Part shown: positions 10,301-17,055 of the stretch, piece after piece
Layout of the letters: each line of letters opens with the position of its first letter
Position numbering within the stretch: position 1 is the stretch's first letter
NCBI GenBank assembly: GCA_902783395.1
Contig: CACZRA010000194.1
Coordinates: 1-36,223 of the forward strand
DNA: 36,223 bases
DNA from: an uncultured Lachnospiraceae bacterium
Lineage (GTDB): Bacteria; Bacillota; Clostridia; Lachnospirales; Lachnospiraceae
Direction of reading: 5' to 3'
Position numbers and translations under genes: made by a program
Notes under the pieces: model-generated
Told to the model about the DNA's origin: nothing
Databases searched by the model: none
What the model saw: only the letters and a program-made list of their open reading frames with translations

Positions 10301-10322
10301 CAGACGTCAGGAAAGATTTTAA
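7308..10322 (+). CDS. Large membrane-anchored surface protein (Ig-like and divergent InlB B-repeat-like domains)
   Basis: SD AAGGAGG. Signal peptide MKKKK...VRA. Acidic linker, Ala/Glu/Gln helical repeats, Ig-like segments (SVSVSPQNYKLSVGDNYQFTATV), three GG(T/K)V(T/S)GGG...Y-x-F-x-GW repeats plus a fourth variant, C-terminal TM helix and Arg-rich tail; no LPXTG. Confidence 0.8.
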   Translation: MKKKKTISLILAIVLSFAVFIQNIQAIRTVRAAEPDYGYGDFDDDGDGDDGSGGYDEEASRAAAEQASREAAEQASREKAEEASRAAEQASKEAAEAEEARKKQEAMDKIAKENEEAQKQQSQDDAAKAAQELADKKTQEAEKAASGSDNDKNQKVYKINASPASINFGEAPAGGDRPVYTVQVNNVGTEAVDFDFSFGSNTGAFTCTLNGITDGNSYNIAKNGAAIFQVSMKNNLSVGTYTDSLVFRVTTPGAPACSSTVSLKGTVESAQSKIKSVSVSPQNYKLSVGDNYQFTATVKDADGETKGVSQDVSWEVRGARSGATDISSSGVLSIARDESSSSLTVYAFSMDAPSVYGTSNVIPQRSGYNVSVASDPKDGGTVTGGGSVPEGGSVTLTAIPNKNYSFVGWIRDGQKVSTATNYTIDDIYSSIGVTAKFDRKYVTIDLDRNNDDGGKVSGGGKIKYGDSTTITAKANDGYVFTGWKEDGSIISKDASLKLKDCKEDRKIKGMFERTSHTITLYASPAEGGKVSGGGTFSINQGTTVTATPNSGYTFVGWEVNGQIVNRNAKVKIDRLEEDYKCTAIFIKTGITSYEISAGVATTGGSISPSGKRTVAQGQNITYTIVPKAGYAILAVAVDNVQVGPVSSYTFSNVQSNHTIAAAFLLTDAGKAKGASTQSTKVEKKQKTPENTASSNSTVTIDDALSGEGGDDYVEEMHDIDTLPVPTDEELGVTEEDSFYSDVAGMLGVSQEEAREMAMSGDRSQIARAAFYAGALDASAENELEPKNMNGVDYSSMTSEELMQLPEEEIYPSYTNLDVVVENLLTTDDMVALVDGGTESVAISLTKLGKYDVPPSDEQVIKKNAVGQKPLQYFDLSMLKTVNGYTDNVHEIGDTLEIVIEIPDEIYKAGKTYSVLRVHEGELKVLPDLDDNPKTITFRTDRFSSYAIAQEVASSKQMVIWFSLGALIALLIGLTCFLILIIHQAKMRKERRRIRAEQRRRQERF
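7476..7592 (+). repeat. Intragenic degenerate tandem repeat (~24-nt unit, AAEQASRE-like)
   Basis: GAGCAGGCGAGCCGTGA occurs twice, 24 nt apart; protein reads EEASRAAAEQASREAAEQASREKAEEASRAAEQASKEAA. Confidence 0.75.
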
Positions 10323-10417
10323 CTGCCGGATCTACGATTCTTTCGTATAAATATACAGAATGTATTTGATAATACATCCGGCTGATGGCTGATAAAACAC
10401 AGAAAAGGAGAGAAAAA

Positions 10418-10681
10418 ATGAACGATAACGAAAAGAAACTGCAGGATGAGCAGCTTGAAAACGTAAGCGGCGGTGCCGGAGTTACAAAGTGGGGATTTCC
10501 GTATGATGATAAGGGAAACGTAACATATACAGATAAAAGCGGACAGAGCCTTGTCATAAGCAAAAAAGACTGGCAGTGGCTGCTTACCCAGTATAAAGGA
10601 CCCATAGGTGATCCGGAGTATTATCTTTCAACTGTACCCGCAAAGGACCTGAAAGTGATAATCGCCGACCATAACGGGTAA
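10418..10681 (+). CDS. Small protein with double-glycine leader (19-aa leader + 68-aa core)
   Basis: SD AAAGGAG before ATG 10418 (ORF track starts at 10385). MNDNEKKLQDEQLENVSGG matches the L-x-D-E-x-L-x-x-V-x-GG leader consensus. Confidence 0.8.
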   Translation: MNDNEKKLQDEQLENVSGGAGVTKWGFPYDDKGNVTYTDKSGQSLVISKKDWQWLLTQYKGPIGDPEYYLSTVPAKDLKVIIADHNG

Positions 10682-10708
10682 AACGTGATCAGGGAACATT
10701 AAGACAGA

Positions 10709-10756
10709 AGAACCGCTGCAGTACTGCAGATGAGCTGCAGGAGCCGCAGCGGTTCT
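10709..10756 (+). repeat. Inverted repeat between the two double-glycine peptide genes
   Basis: AGAACCGCTGC (10709-10719) pairs with GCAGCGGTTCT (10746-10756). An overlapping perfect palindrome CTGCAGTACTGCAG lies at 10716-10729. Confidence 0.7.
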
Positions 10757-10779
10757 CATATGTACGGAGGAATAAAGAT

Positions 10780-11052
10780 ATGGATGGGATCACAAAGCTT
10801 ACAGATGAAATGCTCGACGGAGTGTCGGGAGGAGTACAGTCCAATACCAAGCATACCGAATCGGAGCTGGAGAAGGCCGGTGTCATAGTAAAGCATATTA
10901 ACGGCAAAACGATATATGAGACCCGGCTGTCAAGCGGCATGACCATAAAGATACAGCCGAACGTGGCCATGGGAATGTGCGACTGTTATAAACTTTCCGG
11001 AGGAGAAAGACTTAATGATCAGCAGATACAGGATCTTATAGCACAAAGCTGA
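10780..11052 (+). CDS. Small protein with double-glycine leader (18-aa leader + 72-aa core)
   Basis: SD GGAGG upstream. Leader MDGITKLTDEMLDGVSGG; core contains a CxC (MCDCY). Confidence 0.8.
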   Translation: MDGITKLTDEMLDGVSGGVQSNTKHTESELEKAGVIVKHINGKTIYETRLSSGMTIKIQPNVAMGMCDCYKLSGGERLNDQQIQDLIAQS

Positions 11053-11070
11053 TAACGGTGCTGTTCCGTT

Positions 11071-11098
11071 TTGCACACAGCGCTATTTATGATATGAT
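11071..11098 (+). promoter_or_regulatory. Putative sigma-A promoter of the hprK operon
   Basis: TTGCAC-N16-TATGAT with extended TG (TGA TATGAT). Confidence 0.6.
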
Positions 11099-11109
11099 TA
11101 AAAGAAAAA

Positions 11110-11129
11110 GAAACTCCCGCGGGAGTTTC
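11110..11129. repeat. Perfect 20-bp palindrome in the hprK leader
   Basis: GAAACTCCCGCGGGAGTTTC is its own reverse complement. Confidence 0.8.
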
Positions 11130-11179
11130 AATTTCTGTGTGAAAATATTTTTTCCGTAAACGGCAGAAGGAGGTCGGAA

Positions 11180-12109
11180 GTGGCGAGTGTTCCGTTGGAA
11201 GAGGTCGTCGAGAAGATGTCTCTCGTACATATCACTCCTGAGATAGATATCTCGGAGATCAAAATCGAAAAACCGGATATAAACCGTCCGGCCCTGCAGT
11301 TCGCAGATTATTTTGAAATGTTTGATGCCTCCAGACTTGAGATAATAGGAGCGGGAGAGTTTTCATTCATAGAGCAGAAATCCATAGAAGAAAAGCTTCA
11401 GATCTATGATAAATTCCTTAATAACCCTATACCCTGCGTAGTATTTTGCAGAAATCTGGAACCTGACGAAAAATTCCGTGAAGCAGCCGTAAAATATAAT
11501 GTGCCTCTTATGAAGTCTGCCATGCCGACATCTGCGTTCATGGCAGAGATAATAAGATGGCTGAATGTCAAGCTTGCACCGTGCATATCCATTCACGGTG
11601 TACTTGTGGATGTATACGGTGAGGGAGTCCTTATTACGGGAGAGAGCGGTATAGGAAAGAGTGAAGCGGCTTTGGAGCTGGTAAAGAGAGGACACAGGCT
11701 TATCACTGATGACGTGGTAGAGATAAGAAAAGTGTCGGACGAGACTCTTGTAGGATCGGCACCTGATATAACAAAGCATTTTATTGAGCTCAGAGGTATC
11801 GGAATAGTGGATGTCTACGCTCTGTACGGAGCATCGGCGATAGAAGAGACCCAGAATATCGATCTGGTGATAAGACTTGAGGACTGGGATAAGGATAAGG
11901 ATTATGACAGACTGGGGCTTGAGGAGGAGCATACGGAATATCTCGGGAATCAGGTCGTGTGCCATGTCATACCGATAAGACCCGGCAGAAATCTGGCCGT
12001 GATCTGTGAGACGGCGGCAATAAACCACAGGCTTAAGAAGATGGGTTACAATGCAGCTAAGGAGCTGTACAGGAGAGTACAGGATAATCTATCCAGGAGG
12101 GGATCATGA
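11180..12109 (+). CDS. hprK: HPr(Ser) kinase/phosphorylase
   Basis: INRPALQ, HGVLVDVYGEGVLITGESGIGKSE (Walker A), DDVV, ELRGIGI, PGRN. GTG start with AGGAGG. Confidence 0.98.
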   Translation: MASVPLEEVVEKMSLVHITPEIDISEIKIEKPDINRPALQFADYFEMFDASRLEIIGAGEFSFIEQKSIEEKLQIYDKFLNNPIPCVVFCRNLEPDEKFREAAVKYNVPLMKSAMPTSAFMAEIIRWLNVKLAPCISIHGVLVDVYGEGVLITGESGIGKSEAALELVKRGHRLITDDVVEIRKVSDETLVGSAPDITKHFIELRGIGIVDVYALYGASAIEETQNIDLVIRLEDWDKDKDYDRLGLEEEHTEYLGNQVVCHVIPIRPGRNLAVICETAAINHRLKKMGYNAAKELYRRVQDNLSRRGS

Positions 12110-13041
12110 AATACGCAGCAGGAATAGATGTAGGAGGAACATCGGTAAAGTTAGGGCTTGTAAGCATCGAGGGAGAGATATCGGAAATCTGGGAGATCCC
12201 TACCAGAACGGAAGACGGAGGGAAGCAGATACTTCCGGATATAGCGGAAGCCGTGAAACGCAAGATAGAGGAAAAGGGATTGGAAAAAGACCTGATCGGC
12301 GCAGGTATAGGGCTTCCGGGCCCCGTTGATGATGACGGGGTGATAAGAAAGGCCGTTAATCTGCATTGGGAAAGAACTTTTAATGTGGCGGACGAGCTGT
12401 CAGAGCTTCTCGGCGGTATGAAGGTCAAGGCCGGCAACGATGCAAATGTCGCTGCTTTGGGGGAATACTGGCAGGGAGCCGGAAAGAATTACGGTGATAT
12501 GGTAATGGTAACTCTCGGAACCGGTATTGGCGGAGGCATCATCCATCACGGAAAGATATTTGCCGGTACTACCGGAGCAGGAGGCGAGATAGGGCATATA
12601 TGTCTGAATCCGAACGAAAAGATACACTGTAACTGCGGCAATGCCGGATGCTTTGAGCAGTATGCTTCGGCGACTGGGATAGTAAGACTTACGAGAGAGG
12701 AGCTTGAGGCATCTTCGGACGAATCTGAACTCAGGAAAACAGAGGTAACAGCAAAAGCTCTGTGGGACGCAGTGAAGAACGGCGATAAGCTTGCCATACG
12801 GGTAGCCGAAAGATTCGGATATTACCTCGGCTGGGGTCTTTCCGTGATAGCGGGAGTCGTAAATCCCGAGGTGTTCGTCCTGGGTGGCGGAGTATCTAAG
12901 GCCGGGGATGTCATGCTTCCGTATGTAAGGAAGTATTTCGATGAACATGCATTCCATGCCTGCAGGGATGCCCAGATAGTCATAGCGACTCTGGGGAACA
13001 GCGCCGGAACGCTCGGTGCTGCAAAGATGGTCATAGACTGA
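12106..13041 (+). CDS. glk: ROK-family glucokinase
   Basis: GIDVGGT, NDANVAALGE, TLGTGIGGG, GEIGH, CNCGNAGCFE zinc motif. ATGA overlap with hprK. Confidence 0.92.
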   Translation: MKYAAGIDVGGTSVKLGLVSIEGEISEIWEIPTRTEDGGKQILPDIAEAVKRKIEEKGLEKDLIGAGIGLPGPVDDDGVIRKAVNLHWERTFNVADELSELLGGMKVKAGNDANVAALGEYWQGAGKNYGDMVMVTLGTGIGGGIIHHGKIFAGTTGAGGEIGHICLNPNEKIHCNCGNAGCFEQYASATGIVRLTREELEASSDESELRKTEVTAKALWDAVKNGDKLAIRVAERFGYYLGWGLSVIAGVVNPEVFVLGGGVSKAGDVMLPYVRKYFDEHAFHACRDAQIVIATLGNSAGTLGAAKMVID

Positions 13042-13043
13042 AT

Positions 13044-13967
13044 ATGGGGACTTCCTTTTACGAAGACAGACTTGCAGATATCTGCGGGAGGGATAATGTC
13101 AGGACATCAGAACCTATGTCCGGGCATACTACATTTCGTACCGGCGGGCCGGCAGATTATTTCGTGACACCGCCGGGTAAGGATACCTTTGTTAAGCTTT
13201 TATCGTATATAAGACAGACCGAAAAGGAATACCTGATCCTCGGCAAGGGGAGCAATCTGCTTGTAGGTGACGGAGGATACAGGGGAACCGTGATAGATAC
13301 GTCCGTTTACATGAACAGTGTATCAATAGACGGTGAGATAATTTCAGCGGAAGCGGGTGCCGGACTGGGTACAGCTGCATCCCTTGCGGCTGAAGCATCC
13401 CTTACCGGCATGGAATTTGCGTCCGGGATCCCCGGAACCATAGGAGGGGCGGTGTTTATGAATGCCGGAGCCTACGGCGGGGAAATGTCACAGATCGTTA
13501 CATCGGTCGAGATCATAGGACCTTCAGGTGACATTTTATACATCCCGGGTTCCGATATGGGCTTTGGATACCGGACCTCGATAGCGCAGATAAAGAATCT
13601 GCCGATAATCTCCGCTGAAATGAAGCTGAAAAGGGGAGACAGGGAGGAGATTAAAGCAAGGATAAAAGAACTCGGTATGGAAAGAGCAAAAAAACAGCCT
13701 CTTGATTATCCTTCGGCAGGCTCTACCTTCAAAAGACCGGAAGGGTATTTCGCAGGTAAGCTGATAAGTGACGCGGGTTTTTCTGGGCTTGCTGTAGGAG
13801 GCGCTCAGGTTTCTCCCAAGCACAACGGTTTTATAATCAATACCGGAAATGCCACATCTGCAGATATTCTGAAGCTTATAGATGAAGTAAGGGAGAAGGT
13901 CAGGTCAGGATCCGGAGTAGAGCTTACTCCTGAAGTCAGGATAATAGGAGATTTTCAGGATCAATGA
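13044..13967 (+). CDS. murB: UDP-N-acetylmuramate dehydrogenase
   Basis: HTTFRTGGPAD, GKGSNLL, GIPGTIGGAVFMNAGAYG, QPLDYPSAGSTFKRP, KHNGF. Confidence 0.97.
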   Translation: MGTSFYEDRLADICGRDNVRTSEPMSGHTTFRTGGPADYFVTPPGKDTFVKLLSYIRQTEKEYLILGKGSNLLVGDGGYRGTVIDTSVYMNSVSIDGEIISAEAGAGLGTAASLAAEASLTGMEFASGIPGTIGGAVFMNAGAYGGEMSQIVTSVEIIGPSGDILYIPGSDMGFGYRTSIAQIKNLPIISAEMKLKRGDREEIKARIKELGMERAKKQPLDYPSAGSTFKRPEGYFAGKLISDAGFSGLAVGGAQVSPKHNGFIINTGNATSADILKLIDEVREKVRSGSGVELTPEVRIIGDFQDQ

Positions 13968-14854
13968 AAATGGTCATTGTCACCGGTATGTCCGGCGCAG
14001 GAAAGAGCAGCACGTTAAAGATGCTGGAGGATCTGGGTTTTTTTTGTATTGATAATCTGCCCGCTCCTCTCATAGAGAAATTTGCCGAGCTTTTCACGGG
14101 ACCTTTATCGGAAATACCGGGCGGAGAACTCGGAAAGGTTGCCATAGGAGTGGATGCCAGAACGGGGCTCATATCTTTAAGAAAGCCGCTTGAGGATCTG
14201 AAGGAACAGGGTATATCTTATGAGATTTTTTTTCTTGATGCCGAGGACAGCGTTCTTGTAAAAAGATTTAAAGAAACAAGACGGGCTCACCCCCTCGCTC
14301 CGGAGGGACGCATAGAGGACGGCATAGCGGAGGAGAGAAAACAGCTTGATTATCTGAGGAAGAATGCGACATATATCCTTGATACCTCCCATATGCTCAT
14401 CCGTGACCTGAAAAAAGAGATAAACGATATATACTCGGCAAATAAAAGCTACGGCAACCTGTATGTGAACATACTTTCATTCGGCTTTAAGTACGGTATT
14501 CCGACTGATGCGGATCTTGTCTTTGATGTAAGATTCCTGCCCAATCCTTACTATATTGATGAACTGAAGAACGATACCGGCAGGGATAAAAGCGTTCATG
14601 ATTATGTAATGTCTTTTGAGGAGGCTCATTTATTTCTGGAAAAGCTTCAGGATATGCTCCTGTTCCTTATACCGAATTACGTAAAGGAGGGAAAGAACCA
14701 GCTTGTGATAGCCGTAGGCTGTACGGGAGGGAGGCACAGATCCGTATGTCTTGCCGAAGAGCTTTATAAAGGGTTGTCCGAGGATTCTGAATACGGTATA
14801 AGGGTGGAGCACAGGGATATAGATAAGGATACGTCCCGTCAGAAATCAAGGTAG
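13964..14854 (+). CDS. rapZ: RNase adapter RapZ/YvcJ P-loop protein
   Basis: GMSGAGKS, DNLP, ETRRAHP, SFGFKYG, DVRFLPNPYY, GCTGGRHRSV. Confidence 0.96.
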   Translation: MKMVIVTGMSGAGKSSTLKMLEDLGFFCIDNLPAPLIEKFAELFTGPLSEIPGGELGKVAIGVDARTGLISLRKPLEDLKEQGISYEIFFLDAEDSVLVKRFKETRRAHPLAPEGRIEDGIAEERKQLDYLRKNATYILDTSHMLIRDLKKEINDIYSANKSYGNLYVNILSFGFKYGIPTDADLVFDVRFLPNPYYIDELKNDTGRDKSVHDYVMSFEEAHLFLEKLQDMLLFLIPNYVKEGKNQLVIAVGCTGGRHRSVCLAEELYKGLSEDSEYGIRVEHRDIDKDTSRQKSR

Positions 14855-14858
14855 AGGT

Positions 14859-15512
14859 ATGTCATTTTCACAGGATGTCAAGGCGGAAATACAGGCCCGC
14901 CATTCAAAAAAGATCAAAGACTTTACATTTCCCGAAAATACTAATAATATAAACCCGTCGCTCATGCTGGCGATTTATTTTGTCCGCTGCGGATCTGTCA
15001 ATGATCCCAACACCAGCTACCACCTTGAGATCGCCTGCGATGGAAAGCAGGAGGCCGATGCCGTTTCGGGGCTTATGGAGGAGCAGGGGTTTAAGGTCAG
15101 AACGACTGTCAGAAAAGACAAACAGGTGGTCTATCTGAAAGACAGGGAGAGCATAGCAGATTTTCTTGGATTTGTAGGTGCGGTAAATGCAATGATGGAA
15201 ATGGAAAATTCTCTTATCCTCAAGGATATGAGAAATTCCGTTAACAGGAAGGTAAATTTCGAAACTGCCAATATAGAAAGGACAGTAGGAGCAGCGGTAA
15301 AGGATATAGAAGATATCCGCTATATAGAAGCCCACGGAGGGTTGAAGCAGCTGCCTGAGGGATTAAGAAAAATGGCAGAGGCGCGTGTGGATAATCCCGA
15401 TGCCGCATTGAGCAGTCTGGGAGAAAGCATGAGACCGCCTCTCGGAAAATCGGGAGTTAACCACAGACTCCGGAAGATCAGGGACTATGCCCGTAAACTA
15501 AGAGACAGATGA
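14859..15512 (+). CDS. whiA: DNA-binding protein WhiA, shortened form (217 aa)
   Basis: N-terminal MSFS-x-x-VK-x-E, GSVNDP...YHLEI, VYLK, NRKVNFETAN, KSGVNHRLRK; canonical position after rapZ. Confidence 0.88.
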   Translation: MSFSQDVKAEIQARHSKKIKDFTFPENTNNINPSLMLAIYFVRCGSVNDPNTSYHLEIACDGKQEADAVSGLMEEQGFKVRTTVRKDKQVVYLKDRESIADFLGFVGAVNAMMEMENSLILKDMRNSVNRKVNFETANIERTVGAAVKDIEDIRYIEAHGGLKQLPEGLRKMAEARVDNPDAALSSLGESMRPPLGKSGVNHRLRKIRDYARKLRDR

Positions 15513-15605
15513 AGGCTGAGCAGGGCGGATCTTTGGACGGCTCCTTAGGGAAATACTGACGGACCGGAGATTCCTTAAGGGAGAATGATTAAAGGGGAGA
15601 GAATA

Positions 15606-15860
15606 ATGAAGAGTTGTGAAGTAGAGATCAATGTAAAAAATGATAAGGATGCAAGACCCATCGCTTTTCTCGTGCAGACGGCCAGTCAGTTTGAGTCTAA
15701 GATCTATATTGACTATGAGGACAAGCATGTGAACGCAAAATCCATAATGGGTATGATGACACTGACACTTACTAACGGAAACAAGGCAGTGATAACCGCA
15801 GAGGGTAATGACGAGAATGAAGCCCTGGCAAAGCTTGAGGAGTTTCTGACAAAAGGGTAG
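15606..15860 (+). CDS. HPr-family protein lacking His15 (Crh-like)
   Basis: Start at ATG 15606 (purine-rich SD AAAGGGGAGAG) gives exact HPr numbering: D15-A-R17-P and NAKS46IMG. Confidence 0.9.
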   Translation: MKSCEVEINVKNDKDARPIAFLVQTASQFESKIYIDYEDKHVNAKSIMGMMTLTLTNGNKAVITAEGNDENEALAKLEEFLTKG

Positions 15861-15881
15861 GGAACGGACAGCATAAGGGTT

Positions 15882-15909
15882 TTGTACCTGCCAGAGTATA
15901 TGATATAAT
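15882..15909 (+). promoter_or_regulatory. Sigma-A promoter of fba
   Basis: TTGTAC-N16-TATAAT with extended TG (TGA TATAAT). Confidence 0.7.
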
Positions 15910-15962
15910 TTATATTGCGTTTTGCAGTACCTGAAAAAATATTTATATAAAGGAGAAGAGTT

Positions 15963-16931
15963 ATGGCATTAGTTACAAGTACCGAGATGTTCAAAAAAGC
16001 CTATCACGGCGGTTATGCCGTAGGCGCATTCAACGTGAACAACATGGAGATCGTCCAGGGTATCACGGAAGCAGCCGACGAGCTGAAGAGTCCTGTCATC
16101 CTTCAGGTTTCCAAGGGAGCAAGGGCTTATGCGAATCACACCTATCTTACCAAGCTGGTAGAGGCGGCGATCATTGAACACCCTGATATACCGATCGTTC
16201 TTCATCTGGATCACGGTGATACCTTTGAGCTTTGTAAGGACTGCATAGACGGCGGATTTACGTCCGTTATGATCGATGCTTCTTCGAAGAGCTTTGAAGA
16301 TAATATTGCCCTGACAAAGCAGGTTGTTGATTATGCTCATGATAAGGGAGCTGTAGTAGAGGCAGAGCTCGGAACTCTTGCAGGCATTGAGGATGAGGTT
16401 GTCGTCGAGGCAGGCAAGGAGTCATATACACGTCCGGAGGAGGTTGAAGAGTTCGTTTCAAGAACAGGTTGTGATTCCCTTGCAATAGCAATCGGAACCT
16501 CGCACGGCGCCTATAAATTCACTGCAGAGCAGTGCACAAGAAATGAAGAGGGGATCCTGGTTCCGCCGCCGCTTCGTTTCGATGTTCTGGAGGAGTGCAT
16601 GAAGAGACTTCCCGAATTCCCCATCGTGCTTCACGGTTCTTCATCCGTTCCGCAGGAGTTTGTCAAGATGGTTAATGCTTACGGCGGAAATATGCCCGAT
16701 GCAGTAGGAATTCCCGAGGAGCAGCTCCGTAAGGCTGCAGAGCTTGCAGTCTGCAAGATAAATATTGATTCCGATATCCGTCTTGCCATGACAGGAAATA
16801 TCCGCAAGTATTTCGCTGAGCATCCGGATCACTTTGATCCCCGTCAGTATCTGAAGCCCGCACGTCAGGCTGTAAAGGATATGGTATCGCATAAGATCAA
16901 GAACGTGCTCGGCTCAGACGGAAAGGCATAA
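15963..16931 (+). CDS. fba: Class II fructose-1,6-bisphosphate aldolase
   Basis: AVGAFNVNN, LHLDHG, SVMIDAS, VEAELG, AIGTSHG, VLHGSS, KINIDSD. Confidence 0.97.
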   Translation: MALVTSTEMFKKAYHGGYAVGAFNVNNMEIVQGITEAADELKSPVILQVSKGARAYANHTYLTKLVEAAIIEHPDIPIVLHLDHGDTFELCKDCIDGGFTSVMIDASSKSFEDNIALTKQVVDYAHDKGAVVEAELGTLAGIEDEVVVEAGKESYTRPEEVEEFVSRTGCDSLAIAIGTSHGAYKFTAEQCTRNEEGILVPPPLRFDVLEECMKRLPEFPIVLHGSSSVPQEFVKMVNAYGGNMPDAVGIPEEQLRKAAELAVCKINIDSDIRLAMTGNIRKYFAEHPDHFDPRQYLKPARQAVKDMVSHKIKNVLGSDGKA

Positions 16932-16975
16932 ACTCACAGCGAGCCATTACATTACATCAACCAATAAATTTTATG

Positions 16976-17010
16976 ATCCCTCCGGTCTGTATGTCCGGGG
17001 GGATTTTTAT
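16976..17010 (+). terminator. Intrinsic terminator of fba
   Basis: Stem ATCCCTCCGG-N9-CCGGGGGGAT (one G-U pair) followed by TTTTAT. Confidence 0.8.
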
Positions 17011-17055
17011 GGCTGCGGGACTCAATGACCGGAGTATAAAGACGAAAAAAGCCGT

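Noticed and set aside
15541-15583. Imperfect inverted repeat between whiA and the HPr-like gene
   Set aside because: Bulged stem with a long loop and no U-tract; at most a generic mRNA-stability hairpin.
7156-15947. Recurring AAAATATTT motif upstream of the surface protein (~7157), hprK (~11142) and fba (~15935) as a cre or CodY site
   Set aside because: Lacks the central CG of cre and fits CodY poorly; low-complexity AT palindromes are expected in intergenic DNA.
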